64,000 nucleotides of DNA from a virus: IMG/VR virus record IMGVR_UViG_3300042868_009121, positions 32,001 through 96,000 of that record; one strand, given 5' to 3'. The translations under genes were made by a program, and so were the position numbers. Each line of letters starts with the position of its first letter. Within the stretch, counting starts at the first letter, position 1. Below the pieces are notes generated by a model that searched no databases, was not told the DNA's origin, and saw only the letters and a program-made list of their open reading frames with translations. This document shows positions 27,486 to 36,967 of the stretch, one piece after another.

Positions 27486-27496
27486 TTTTTTGTTTT

Positions 27497-28540
27497 TTAT
27501 TTTAATTTAATTGCGAAGTCATAATACTTGTCATGACCCCATGTTTGTTTAAGAATTGAATTATTTTTCATTCTATGACCATTATTTTTTATAATATGAT
27601 CTTCAGACTGATATTCTTGGAAATAACGAACCACGTCGCATGCTCTACTATCTTCACAATCAATTGGATTCAAGTTATACCTATTAGACAAGAATTGTAG
27701 TACTTCATTAATATACTCGAACTCTTTTACTTTAGGACTAACTTTAGGAAAAATAGCTTTAATACAACGAACTGCGTTTGTTCCTGCATATACCCAACCT
27801 TTAGGATTTACCATATTAGGAAAATATTCACCTAAGTCAGCAGCAAATGCAGTCAATACAAAGTTTTGTTTTTTAAATCCAACACTATTAAGATATTCAT
27901 TACCAATATCTGTTACTTGATAGATATCTAATCTTTTAGTAGTAACAGCTTCATAAATATGTCTAACTAAACCTTCTGAGTGTTCAAGAATAAAACGTCT
28001 TAAGTGTCCTCTAGTCTCGCCTTCAAAAGTGAATTGTGGAAGTAAGTATCCTTTATTATCTGTAAAAGGCGTGATGCGGTTTCTAAGGTCTTCTTTCCAT
28101 TCTGGCCATGTATATCTTTCTTTTAATATAGAATCTACAATCCAGAAATTACCGAAACCATGCGTACCCAGGATGTCCTTGATATGATCTGTTTTATATC
28201 TAGGTACGTAATTAATACCAGAACCACTTAGTCTAAATAAATAGAATAGCATAAACCAATCAAACTCATCTTTTATATCATGATGTGTAAAGTGATTACC
28301 CATTCCTCTTAAGTCTTTTTCTTTATACCATACGGCTTCAGTAAAAGCGCAGAATGCTGCAAATCTACGATGCGCAGTATCATAAATAGGCACATGATAA
28401 ATTAAATCGTCATTAACATCTGCAAGTAAGTCTCCATCATAAGGAAGCTTAAGACTACCATGTTGTTGCATTAATAAACTACGTTTATCGTATTCATCTA
28501 ATGCTTCAAGGAGTTTTTCGTTTATAATAAATTTAGTCAT
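27497..28540 (-). CDS. Putative amino-acid:DNA transferase / aGPT-Pplase-like DNA hypermodification enzyme
   Basis: LFRL, F..AFAADL, YAGTNA..CI and IDCEDSRACDVVRY line up by eye with aGPT-Pplase motifs; neighbours a PLP enzyme and a hydroxymethylase. Confidence 0.55.
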   Translation of the reverse strand: MTKFIINEKLLEALDEYDKRSLLMQQHGSLKLPYDGDLLADVNDDLIYHVPIYDTAHRRFAAFCAFTEAVWYKEKDLRGMGNHFTHHDIKDEFDWFMLFYLFRLSGSGINYVPRYKTDHIKDILGTHGFGNFWIVDSILKERYTWPEWKEDLRNRITPFTDNKGYLLPQFTFEGETRGHLRRFILEHSEGLVRHIYEAVTTKRLDIYQVTDIGNEYLNSVGFKKQNFVLTAFAADLGEYFPNMVNPKGWVYAGTNAVRCIKAIFPKVSPKVKEFEYINEVLQFLSNRYNLNPIDCEDSRACDVVRYFQEYQSEDHIIKNNGHRMKNNSILKQTWGHDKYYDFAIKLK

Positions 28541-28566
28541 ATATAAATGTATAAAAATTATGTTTA

Positions 28567-29247
28567 TTAATCAAATCTATCTTTGCAGTGATCAAAATGC
28601 CATCGCTGCATAGCATTGTATTGACCTATTTTTTTACAATATGGACACTCCACTTTTTTCCTATCTTTAGCTGATTCTGACATTTTAATTTTAGCTTCTT
28701 CTGATTTAGGTTTGCGCATCTTACTTATAGTATTTTTAGAGTGTTTTTTACCAAATCTCCAGTTTTTTTCTCCTATTCTAGAATTTGATATATTCAATCT
28801 ATGAGATTCAGAAAAAATCTTACCAGTATTAGGTCCTGGTTTGCCTATTTTAGCTTTTGACAGTTTCTTTTTATGATCTTCAGATAAAATTTTGCCTTTA
28901 TGAGAGATAGATATTTTTAATTTAGTTTCATAACTTACAACTTTTTCTCTCATTTTATTTTTACAATACTCATATACTCTAGAACTTGGTTTATATCTAT
29001 TTCCTTTCTCTGTAGGTATTATAGACATCATAGAAAAAGCATAAAATAGACTAGGATTATCAGGATATATTTCATGTAGTAACCAATGACATAAAAAATG
29101 TTCTCTTGCAGTAAGCTCTACTATATTATCTTTATCATTACAACCTCCAATACATTTAGGTATTATATGATGCTTTTCTTTATATCCTTCTACAATTCTA
29201 TTTTTAGCTCTGTATATAATTTGATCATATATTTTTTTATAATTCAT
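28567..29247 (-). CDS. Free-standing HNH homing endonuclease with NUMOD3 repeats
   Basis: EKHHIIPKCIGG...N.V.LTAREHFLCH.LL, repeated (H)SEE.K.K.S motifs, C-terminal CPYC...HFDHC. Confidence 0.9.
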   Translation of the reverse strand: MNYKKIYDQIIYRAKNRIVEGYKEKHHIIPKCIGGCNDKDNIVELTAREHFLCHWLLHEIYPDNPSLFYAFSMMSIIPTEKGNRYKPSSRVYEYCKNKMREKVVSYETKLKISISHKGKILSEDHKKKLSKAKIGKPGPNTGKIFSESHRLNISNSRIGEKNWRFGKKHSKNTISKMRKPKSEEAKIKMSESAKDRKKVECPYCKKIGQYNAMQRWHFDHCKDRFD

Positions 29248-29358
29248 AAAAAAGAAAATGGTCCAAAAAACAGAGGAGCTACTACCTTCCTAAGTTTAAA
29301 GGACCAATAAGTTTATTATAGAATGTTGGTAGTAGCAACTTTCTGTCTATAATAAATA

Positions 29359-29589
29359 TCATAGTTTTTCTATTTCTTGTTTTACTTCTTCTAAATAATC
29401 CCAAACCTTTTTATCATAAAAACCTGCAAGTACTAATAGTTCGCCTATTGCTATTAATGCACATTGTTTAGCTTGTTTCCATGCTTTATATTCTTCAGAT
29501 ATACCTAAAGGCTCATTTATCCAAGCCTCATTAGGTGTTGTTTGGTAAAACTTATCTACTAATTCTTCTGCTTTTTCTTTTGGTGTCAT
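29359..29589 (-). CDS. Hypothetical protein, MTPKEKA family copy 1
   Basis: MTPKEKAEELV...EEVKQEIEKL; paralog of 30393-30647. Confidence 0.75.
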   Translation of the reverse strand: MTPKEKAEELVDKFYQTTPNEAWINEPLGISEEYKAWKQAKQCALIAIGELLVLAGFYDKKVWDYLEEVKQEIEKL

Positions 29590-29882
29590 TTATTATAAGT
29601 TTCATTGTAGTATTTAAAAAATGTTTGCCAATCTTCTTCAGCAATACCTTTTCCTTCAAATCTACCAGCTTGGTGAGCAGCTATCCAGCAATCTTCCATC
29701 TGCTCCATCTCCATTAATTTGGCTTGTTCAAATATCTTTTGCCACTCGAGAATATGTGGTTCACTTTTCAATAAAGTTTCAAAAAACCATTCTACTGCTG
29801 TTTGTTGTTTTGTTATTTGTGTAAATGTACCATACACAGGATAGCCATTTTCGTCTAGTGGATTGTCTGTTTGTCGTGCCAT
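29586..29882 (-). CDS. Hypothetical protein, KQQTAV family copy 1
   Basis: KQQTAVEW...EQAKLME...YYNETY. Confidence 0.7.
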   Translation of the reverse strand: MARQTDNPLDENGYPVYGTFTQITKQQTAVEWFFETLLKSEPHILEWQKIFEQAKLMEMEQMEDCWIAAHQAGRFEGKGIAEEDWQTFFKYYNETYNK

Positions 29883-30121
29883 ATTTTATCTTTAAATGTT
29901 TTATTATAATAATCTTCAAACGAATCACCATGACCTGTGTCTAACAATGCTAACATAGCGTGTTCATAACATGCTTTCATTTGCTCCCTCCCCATTGCTT
30001 TGGCTTTTTCAAATAAATACTCAAACAAAAACTGATTAGCCTCATACGCATTACCTATTTCTTTAGGAAACTTATTTTGTAATTCTATTAAAATCCAATT
30101 AACTGCTGTTTGTTGTTTCAT
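29855..30121 (-). CDS. Hypothetical protein, KQQTAV family copy 2
   Basis: MKQQTAVNW...EKAKAM...YYNKTF. Confidence 0.7.
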   Translation of the reverse strand: MKQQTAVNWILIELQNKFPKEIGNAYEANQFLFEYLFEKAKAMGREQMKACYEHAMLALLDTGHGDSFEDYYNKTFKDKIWHDKQTIH

Positions 30122-30429
30122 ATATCATATGATTTAGGTGAAGGTAAGCCACTATAATGACAATCCAAACCATTAATCAACATCTCTGCAATATTCTTAT
30201 GTTTACGATCTATTTGATCATTTAGATTATCTATTCTAGTACTTAAATTATCCATGCTATTACTTAAATTATCTACTCTAGCATTTAAATAACCATGTAG
30301 AAATCCGTTAATCCAAAATCCTTTATCATTCTTATCACAACCATGACATCCTTCCCACTGGGTTTCAGCTAGTTGTTCTATTTCTTTTCGTGTCATAGTT
30401 TTTCTATTTCTTGTTTTACCTCTTCCCAA
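30118..30429 (-). CDS. Hypothetical protein
   Basis: Ends CHYSGLPSPKSY; real start is probably MTRKE at about 30396. Confidence 0.6.
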   Translation of the reverse strand: MGRGKTRNRKTMTRKEIEQLAETQWEGCHGCDKNDKGFWINGFLHGYLNARVDNLSNSMDNLSTRIDNLNDQIDRKHKNIAEMLINGLDCHYSGLPSPKSYDI

Positions 30430-30647
30430 TAAGATTTAGCCATTCTCCAATCACCACTATCAGACATTATCCCCATAGATAGTATTTCATCTACTGCAAC
30501 TAATGCATATATCTTAGCATGAATAACGGAATTAATTATTTGAATTGGAACTACTGTCTGTTCACCACTACTGTCTTCTATACGCTCAGTATGATATACA
30601 GTAAGAAACTTACTTACGAGTTGCTCTGCTTTTTCTTTTGGTGTCAT
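30393..30647 (-). CDS. Hypothetical protein, MTPKEKA family copy 2
   Basis: MTPKEKAEQLV...ALVAVDEIL...YWEEVKQEIEKL. Confidence 0.75.
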   Translation of the reverse strand: MTPKEKAEQLVSKFLTVYHTERIEDSSGEQTVVPIQIINSVIHAKIYALVAVDEILSMGIMSDSGDWRMAKSYWEEVKQEIEKL

Positions 30648-31573
30648 TTTACAAATTCGTTTGCGAACATATAATATTTAGGCTTCAAGTGTACTGATTG
30701 TTTAGGTTCCATGTATTCAAACATCTTCATTCCATCTTCATCAATCCATTCATTTGGCCATTGAAGTGTTTTAAGTCCTGAATTATTCATGATCCTATTT
30801 GCTGTATCTACCAATCTTGCTCTTTCTTGTCTTGTGCCAAAATAAGCTTGTTTTAGATATAAACCTGTACCAGGTAATTTACGACTTTCATGCTCAACTG
30901 GTAACAAATTAACTAGAGTTGCATTATTTAGTTTCTTAGCAAATTCTACATAACGTCTAATAAGATCTCCTACTGCTTCAGCAGGATTATCTTGCCTCAT
31001 TAAGTGAAAACGAATATCAATATTACCAAAGTAAAGAACTACTTCGTCATATTTTTGATTCCACTCTTCAATTAAAGAGTCGGCATCTTTTAAGAATCCA
31101 AACAAAGTTTTACCGTCTGTTCTATCAAGACCAAAACCAGGTCTCCATGCACTAAGCGAATGAGAATCACCTCTTACTAACTTCTTTGTATTATTTGCAT
31201 GTAGTCTAGCAAAGTCAATACAGTTGATTGCAGTAAACTGATGATCAATATTAAATCTTTTATTGAACACATTAAGATCAATAGGAACATTAACTGCAAT
31301 AGCTAAACCTTTATAATTAGCCATAGCTTCAAGCTTAGCTCTATGTTCAGGTTGTGGTCCTCCAATAAAATTGAATACGTTCTCTTGATAGTTAACTCCT
31401 TCTAGAATGTAGAGTCTTTCATATTCATTCCATGTTGAAGGATCTGGATTAACATCTAAATCTCCTGGGTGTTCTGATTTTAGTATGTTCAACATAACAT
31501 GATAATAGCCGCCGCCGTGATGGCTTTGGCTACTACCAACATTATTGAGCATACCTACTACGGCTGCTTTCAT
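30644..31573 (-). CDS. Protein with SGNH-hydrolase-like C-terminal domain, near the DNA-modification genes
   Basis: GDSH (block I), FGNID (block III) and SVH (block V) motifs. Confidence 0.55.
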   Translation of the reverse strand: MKAAVVGMLNNVGSSQSHHGGGYYHVMLNILKSEHPGDLDVNPDPSTWNEYERLYILEGVNYQENVFNFIGGPQPEHRAKLEAMANYKGLAIAVNVPIDLNVFNKRFNIDHQFTAINCIDFARLHANNTKKLVRGDSHSLSAWRPGFGLDRTDGKTLFGFLKDADSLIEEWNQKYDEVVLYFGNIDIRFHLMRQDNPAEAVGDLIRRYVEFAKKLNNATLVNLLPVEHESRKLPGTGLYLKQAYFGTRQERARLVDTANRIMNNSGLKTLQWPNEWIDEDGMKMFEYMEPKQSVHLKPKYYMFANEFVK

Positions 31574-31593
31574 AACTTATTGTTTTTTAAATA

Positions 31594-33225
31594 TTACATT
31601 CCCATAGTCATGTCCATCATAGGATCTGACTTGTCATTTTTTTCTTTCTTTTCAAATACAACAGATTCAGTTGTCAAAATAGTTCCTGCTACTGATGTTG
31701 CATTCTTAAGTGCTGTAATAACAACTTTAGCTGGATCAATGATGCCTGATTCAAACGCATCTACCATTTTATGATTCTTTGCATCATAAATTTTATTTTT
31801 TACTAATTCGCTTGGAATATAATTCCACCAGTCTTCTACACCAGCATTAGATAAAATCTTAATAAATGGTGCTTGTAAAGCATTGCGAACAATATCTCTA
31901 GCGATTGCTACATTGCTATTGCTTTCTGCTCTATGATTAAGTGCTACTCTATAAAGTGTTGCACCACCACCAGGTACGATACCGTCAGCAAGAGCTGCTT
32001 TAGTTGCAAATAATGCATCTTCTACACGATCTTTCTTTTCTCTAATCTCAATATCACTATTACCACCTACAGAAATAATTGCAACACCACCAATCAACTT
32101 ACCAAGTCTTTCTTGCAACTTCTCTTTCTCGTAGAACGATGTAGCTTTTTCAATTTGCTCTTTTATTTCTTCTGCTCTAACTTCAATCGCTCTCTCATTA
32201 CCTTTACCATCAATAATAGTAGTCTCTTCTTTAGATACAGTTACAAGTCTTGTTGTACCAAGATATTGAGCGAGTTGCTGTGTAGATAATTTATCAAGCT
32301 TCAAACCTTTATCTTTAGAAATAACTTGTCCACCTGTCAAGATAGCAATATCTTCTAAGATTAATGTTTTACGCTCACCAAAGTCTGGTGCTTTAACTGC
32401 GCAAACTTGTACAATACCACGCATTTTATTTACAATTAATGTAGCAAGAGCTTCATCACCAATATCTTCAGCGATAATTAATAAAGGTCTATTCTCTGAA
32501 TTTGCTTTAGTCAATACTTGTAACAACTCTTGTGCAGTTGAAATACGTCCATCATATAAAAGAATATATGGATTATCAAGCACAGATTGCATTGTTACAT
32601 TGTTAGTTACAAAGTAAGGTGATTTGTAACCACGATCAAATTGCATACCTTCAACAATCTCTAATGTAGTTTCACCAGTTTTAGATTCTTCAATAGTTAC
32701 TACACCTTCACGACCTACTTTATCAAGTGCTTCAGCAATTAAGTTACCAACTTCAGGATCATTATTACCTGAGATAGTTGCAACTTGTTTAATTTGCTCT
32801 TCTGAAGAAATTTCTGTTGCTAATTCTTTAATTTCTTTTACTACTTCATTAACGATATTGTCAATCTCATTCTTAATCTCAACAGCGTTAACGCCTTGAC
32901 GAATTTCTTTAAGACCTTGTTTAATCATTTCAGTAGCAAGAAGTGTAGATGTTGTTGTACCATCACCTGCTTCATTTGCAGATTTAATACTAACTTGCTT
33001 AACAAGTTGTGCACCAAGATCTTCAATATCATCTTCAAGTTTATGAAATGCTTTAGCTACTGTTACACCATCTTTTGTAACTTTAACTTCACCATTTTGT
33101 TCACGAATTAATACTGTGCGACCACCAGGACCTAATGTTGATGATACTGATTGATTTAACTTTTCTATACCGGAAAGTAACTTTTCTTTAAGCTCTGTTC
33201 CAAAAACGTTTTTTGTTGTACTCAT
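31594..33225 (-). CDS. groEL: Chaperonin GroEL
   Basis: [55 protein letters not shown]. Confidence 0.97.
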   Translation of the reverse strand: MSTTKNVFGTELKEKLLSGIEKLNQSVSSTLGPGGRTVLIREQNGEVKVTKDGVTVAKAFHKLEDDIEDLGAQLVKQVSIKSANEAGDGTTTSTLLATEMIKQGLKEIRQGVNAVEIKNEIDNIVNEVVKEIKELATEISSEEQIKQVATISGNNDPEVGNLIAEALDKVGREGVVTIEESKTGETTLEIVEGMQFDRGYKSPYFVTNNVTMQSVLDNPYILLYDGRISTAQELLQVLTKANSENRPLLIIAEDIGDEALATLIVNKMRGIVQVCAVKAPDFGERKTLILEDIAILTGGQVISKDKGLKLDKLSTQQLAQYLGTTRLVTVSKEETTIIDGKGNERAIEVRAEEIKEQIEKATSFYEKEKLQERLGKLIGGVAIISVGGNSDIEIREKKDRVEDALFATKAALADGIVPGGGATLYRVALNHRAESNSNVAIARDIVRNALQAPFIKILSNAGVEDWWNYIPSELVKNKIYDAKNHKMVDAFESGIIDPAKVVITALKNATSVAGTILTTESVVFEKKEKNDKSDPMMDMTMGM

Positions 33226-33238
33226 AGTCTTTTTTAAT

Positions 33239-33529
33239 TTATTCGATAACTCCTAAAATATCTGATTCTTTACAGATGAAATAGTCTTGTCCTTCAAATA
33301 CGATTCTTTGTGAACCAAGTTTAGGGATTAATACTACTTCTCCTTCTTCAAGAGTCGAGATAACTAGTTTATCTGTGTTGTAATTATAAACATTAGATGT
33401 AGCTACTACTTTTCCCATTTCAGGTCTTTCTTTACCAAGATCTGGAATAATAATGTTACCGAATGTTTCTTCTTCTGTTTCGATTGGCTTTAATACTATA
33501 TAGCCATTTAGTGGGGTTATTTTATTCAT
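33239..33529 (-). CDS. groES: Co-chaperonin GroES
   Basis: ITPLNGYIVLK, GNIIIPD..KE.P..G.VVA, ESDILGVIE. Confidence 0.92.
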   Translation of the reverse strand: MNKITPLNGYIVLKPIETEEETFGNIIIPDLGKERPEMGKVVATSNVYNYNTDKLVISTLEEGEVVLIPKLGSQRIVFEGQDYFICKESDILGVIE

Positions 33530-33533
33530 ATTG

Positions 33534-33728
33534 CTAATTTAATATTTCTAATTCATCTACTTTAATACAAAAATAGAGTAAGGCATCTTTTTTAAAGACT
33601 GCATCTACTCCAAACCATATTTTAAAATCATCAAGGTTTTTACCTTGTACAAACTCTTCTTTTAGAGTTCTTTTGATTTCAAACAAGTCTCCATTAATGT
33701 TAATGAAATTTCTGTGTAATTGAAACAT
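33534..33728 (-). CDS. Hypothetical protein
   Basis: ORF between hsp20 and groES. Confidence 0.65.
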   Translation of the reverse strand: MFQLHRNFININGDLFEIKRTLKEEFVQGKNLDDFKIWFGVDAVFKKDALLYFCIKVDELEILN

Positions 33729-33735
33729 AACTGGT

Positions 33736-34263
33736 TGTAGGTAGGCCTTTTATTTATAACTTATTTTAATTGTTTTTTTGGAGTTGAGATCTCAATCTTC
33801 CTTATTGCTTTACCTTCAGCAGTTGGAATGTCTAGAGTAAGAAGACCTTTATCTAACTGCGCTTCTAGTTTAGAAAGATCAAACTTAGTACTAATTTTCC
33901 AAGTTAAATCAAAGCTAGAACGCTTGATACCTTTATAAATGACTGCCTCTTCAATTTCTGTTTGAGGCTTTTCATACTTAATACGAAGTTGATCATTATC
34001 GATTTGAATATCGATATCTTTTGAATCAAGACCTACAGCGGCTACTTCAAATTTAATGCCACTAGGTGTTTCGTAAATGTCTACTGGATGTGTTACTTTC
34101 TGCGTAATTGCAGAGAATCGTGAATTGTTTTCGAATAAGTCTCGCCATAATAAATCAAATGGGTCGAGCTCAAATGGTCTAAATGTTCCCATATTTTTTG
34201 TTTTGTGTTCCCTTACGGTGAACGGTTAATAATTGTTTATTTTATAACCTTGGCCTACCTACA
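33736..34263. repeat. Perfect 12-bp inverted repeat enclosing the Hsp20 gene
   Basis: TGTAGGTAGGCC at 33736-33747 and GGCCTACCTACA at 34252-34263. Confidence 0.8.
33761..34192 (-). CDS. Small heat-shock protein (Hsp20 family)
   Basis: PVDIYE...EVAAVGL...DIDI, YKGI.R.SF, A.LDKGLLTLDIP. Confidence 0.9.
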   Translation of the reverse strand: MGTFRPFELDPFDLLWRDLFENNSRFSAITQKVTHPVDIYETPSGIKFEVAAVGLDSKDIDIQIDNDQLRIKYEKPQTEIEEAVIYKGIKRSSFDLTWKISTKFDLSKLEAQLDKGLLTLDIPTAEGKAIRKIEISTPKKQLK

Positions 34264-34321
34264 GTGCCATTTATTATAAATATATACAAATATAAAATAG
34301 TGGAAAAATTAATCTTTAGAG

Positions 34322-34645
34322 TTACTTATTTTTCTTGTCATCCTTTTTAGGAAACTCTCTTATTGGTGCAGTTCTAGGACTTCTTGGTGCTGGTGGTGGA
34401 GCCGTTGGCCCAAATGCATTTCTCCTAGGTTGTTGAGGTTGTCTAGGAACCGGGACATATCTATCTCTATAAATTATAATCGGAGGTTCTCTTCTATAAA
34501 AGAAAGGATCTACATAACCTGGTACATAGTAGATCGGATCCCAATCATACATTCTTCTTTGTCTATAGTCTATATAACCTGTTGGTTCAGTTATATAACA
34601 ACTTGATAAAGATACTAAAAATAAAATTATAAGTGCCTTTTTCAT
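34322..34645 (-). CDS. Pro/Arg-rich lipoprotein
   Basis: Lipobox LSSC. Confidence 0.65.
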   Translation of the reverse strand: MKKALIILFLVSLSSCYITEPTGYIDYRQRRMYDWDPIYYVPGYVDPFFYRREPPIIIYRDRYVPVPRQPQQPRRNAFGPTAPPPAPRSPRTAPIREFPKKDDKKNK

Positions 34646-34657
34646 ATTAATAAATAT

Positions 34658-36961
34658 TTAGTGTCCATCACGAAGATTGTGTGCCAATGCAGGAGGCGCT
34701 TTTAAATCAATACTAAGTTTAGTAGTGTTCTCCATCAAATCCTGGACGATCCTGGCCGCTTCTTCTGATCTGGCTTGTTCTACCTCAATAACTAACTGGT
34801 CATGGATCTGAGCACATACCCAGCCACGTATACCTAGTTCTATGAACTTTCTATTGATAGCCAATGCTGCACGATTAACTATTGATGCTGCGAGACCTTG
34901 GATCTGTACATTACAAGAGTTGTTTAGTCCATTAATATAGTCTCTACTAAGATTCTTAATTTGATCTACGCCATACTGTCTTTCCATTTCTTTCTTGATA
35001 TTCCAATCAAGTAAGTCATCACCAATCTTATCGTAAATAGCTTTTACTTTAGGAAGATGTCGAATACGTCCAACTTGAGTACTAACGTATCCTTTTTCCT
35101 TAGCTTGCTTTTTAGATCTTTCCATCCAGTTTTTAAGTTCAGGAAACCCGTTTAAGTAACCATCAACAAGCTTCTTAGCTTCTTTAGTAGGAATACCAAG
35201 AGTCATGCCAAGTGCATAAGCTCCCATACCATAAGGAATACCTAAAGCATAAGCCTTTGCTTTATTTCTTAACTTAGGTTCAAGTTTACGAAGGAAGTTA
35301 GGTGCTTTTTTATCTGGTGAATATTGGTTCAGCTTTTCTGTTTTAATTGCGATAGTAGAGTAGAAGTCCCAGTTGTTTCTAAAAATATCTTTTAGTCCTT
35401 CATCGCCAGATACGTGAGCAAATGTGTGAGGTTCGAGTGATTCATAGTCGCAGTCTACAAATATGTTTCCTTCATCATGAATAAAGAATGCTCGAATCAA
35501 GTTATTGTATTCAATTACAATTGGTTCATCATCACCTTCTTCTTTAGGTCTAGGAAGCTGTTGTGCATCAGAACCATAACGGCCTGATACTGTGCCATGT
35601 TGTTTATAATAAAAGTAGTATCTGCCATCTTCTTGAGCATCTAAGAAACGATCCATATAAGTACTCTTAATCTTAAGTAGTCTATTATAAATGCGTAAGT
35701 TCTTTGCCCACTCATATTTGCCTGCTATTGATTGAACAGTATCATCATCAAATTGAGGTTTACCTGTTTTTGTAGTAGATAAAGGTTTAATACCTAATAC
35801 ACCAAAAGCAATCTCACCAAGTTGATCTTTAGACTGAATATTAAAATACGCTCCATCATTATCTTCTCTCCATAACTTCATACTAATCTTCATACTAACA
35901 TCACGATCTAATACAGCAGCATCACCATGAAGTAAAAAGTGTTTAGCAGAACATTCTGGTAATCTCATCAATGCAGATTTAGTTACGGTATATTTACCTG
36001 TTTTAGCAGATTGTTCTAAATCAAACTTCATTTCTTTAACTAGCTCTTGAGCAAATGTACCTTTGTTATTTGGTGGATATGCATCTTGAGCTTTATATAC
36101 TACCCATGCTCTAACATCTGGATTCTTAAGTAATTCTTTTGTTACTGAATCAGCATACTCTTTTAGCTTTTCTGTAATTTTAGTACGGCTAGACTTTATA
36201 AGTTCCATGTCAAGCTTGATACCAACTTGTTCCATAGGAATAGTAACCTCTTTGTAAAGAGGCATTACTTCATCTTCAAAGAAGAACTTTTCAAGGTTTT
36301 CATCTTTAAGTGTTTTAATAAAATGATTATAGACTCTAAGAGTTAAGTCAGTATCTGCTGATGCATATTCTGAGAGTAGTTCAAGGTCTGCTTTCCATAT
36401 CTCATAATTCTCACGTGTTATCTGACCTCCATTTCTTTTTATCGATTCTTTAAGAGCGACTTGCTCTTCGTTAGCGGCTTTTTCTACATCTAGACCAATA
36501 TCTTTTTGAATCATCTTAGCAATATCTTTAAGACCAAATGCAGAACCTCCCATAAAACCAGCACCTTCTTCTTTTACAGTATGAACAAGAAGCATTGTAT
36601 CTACATAAAGACTTGATAATAAATCTACATTATAAAAACACTTAACGAATTTAACGTCAAATGATGCGTTATGCATGATTAGTTTTTTACCAACAAGTAA
36701 AGAGATTGTTTTCTTTGCAAGATCATGCGCTAGTTTACCTTCAATAACAGCATCTTGAAGCTCATCATCTTTGAATATCATGGTTGGCATATAGTATCCT
36801 TTACCAACTTCACCAGAGACAGAAAAACCAATGATCTTACCTTTACGAGGATTAAGACTATTGGTCTCAGTATCAAATGCAATTATTTCACACGACTTTA
36901 TATGTTCGATAAGATCTTTAAGTTTATCTATCGAATCAACTGTAACATAACTTTTATTCAT
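34658..36961 (-). CDS. polA: DNA polymerase family A (3'-5' exonuclease plus polymerase)
   Basis: AFDTET, HNASFD, YASAD exonuclease motifs; TVSGRYGS, DYESLE (A), R..AKAYALGIPYG (B), QIHDQ (C). Confidence 0.93.
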   Translation of the reverse strand: MNKSYVTVDSIDKLKDLIEHIKSCEIIAFDTETNSLNPRKGKIIGFSVSGEVGKGYYMPTMIFKDDELQDAVIEGKLAHDLAKKTISLLVGKKLIMHNASFDVKFVKCFYNVDLLSSLYVDTMLLVHTVKEEGAGFMGGSAFGLKDIAKMIQKDIGLDVEKAANEEQVALKESIKRNGGQITRENYEIWKADLELLSEYASADTDLTLRVYNHFIKTLKDENLEKFFFEDEVMPLYKEVTIPMEQVGIKLDMELIKSSRTKITEKLKEYADSVTKELLKNPDVRAWVVYKAQDAYPPNNKGTFAQELVKEMKFDLEQSAKTGKYTVTKSALMRLPECSAKHFLLHGDAAVLDRDVSMKISMKLWREDNDGAYFNIQSKDQLGEIAFGVLGIKPLSTTKTGKPQFDDDTVQSIAGKYEWAKNLRIYNRLLKIKSTYMDRFLDAQEDGRYYFYYKQHGTVSGRYGSDAQQLPRPKEEGDDEPIVIEYNNLIRAFFIHDEGNIFVDCDYESLEPHTFAHVSGDEGLKDIFRNNWDFYSTIAIKTEKLNQYSPDKKAPNFLRKLEPKLRNKAKAYALGIPYGMGAYALGMTLGIPTKEAKKLVDGYLNGFPELKNWMERSKKQAKEKGYVSTQVGRIRHLPKVKAIYDKIGDDLLDWNIKKEMERQYGVDQIKNLSRDYINGLNNSCNVQIQGLAASIVNRAALAINRKFIELGIRGWVCAQIHDQLVIEVEQARSEEAARIVQDLMENTTKLSIDLKAPPALAHNLRDGH

Positions 36962-36967
36962 AACTAT

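Noticed and set aside
28567-29247. HNH endonuclease as part of a group I intron
   Set aside because: Flanking genes look complete and no group I core elements were recognised; it appears free-standing.
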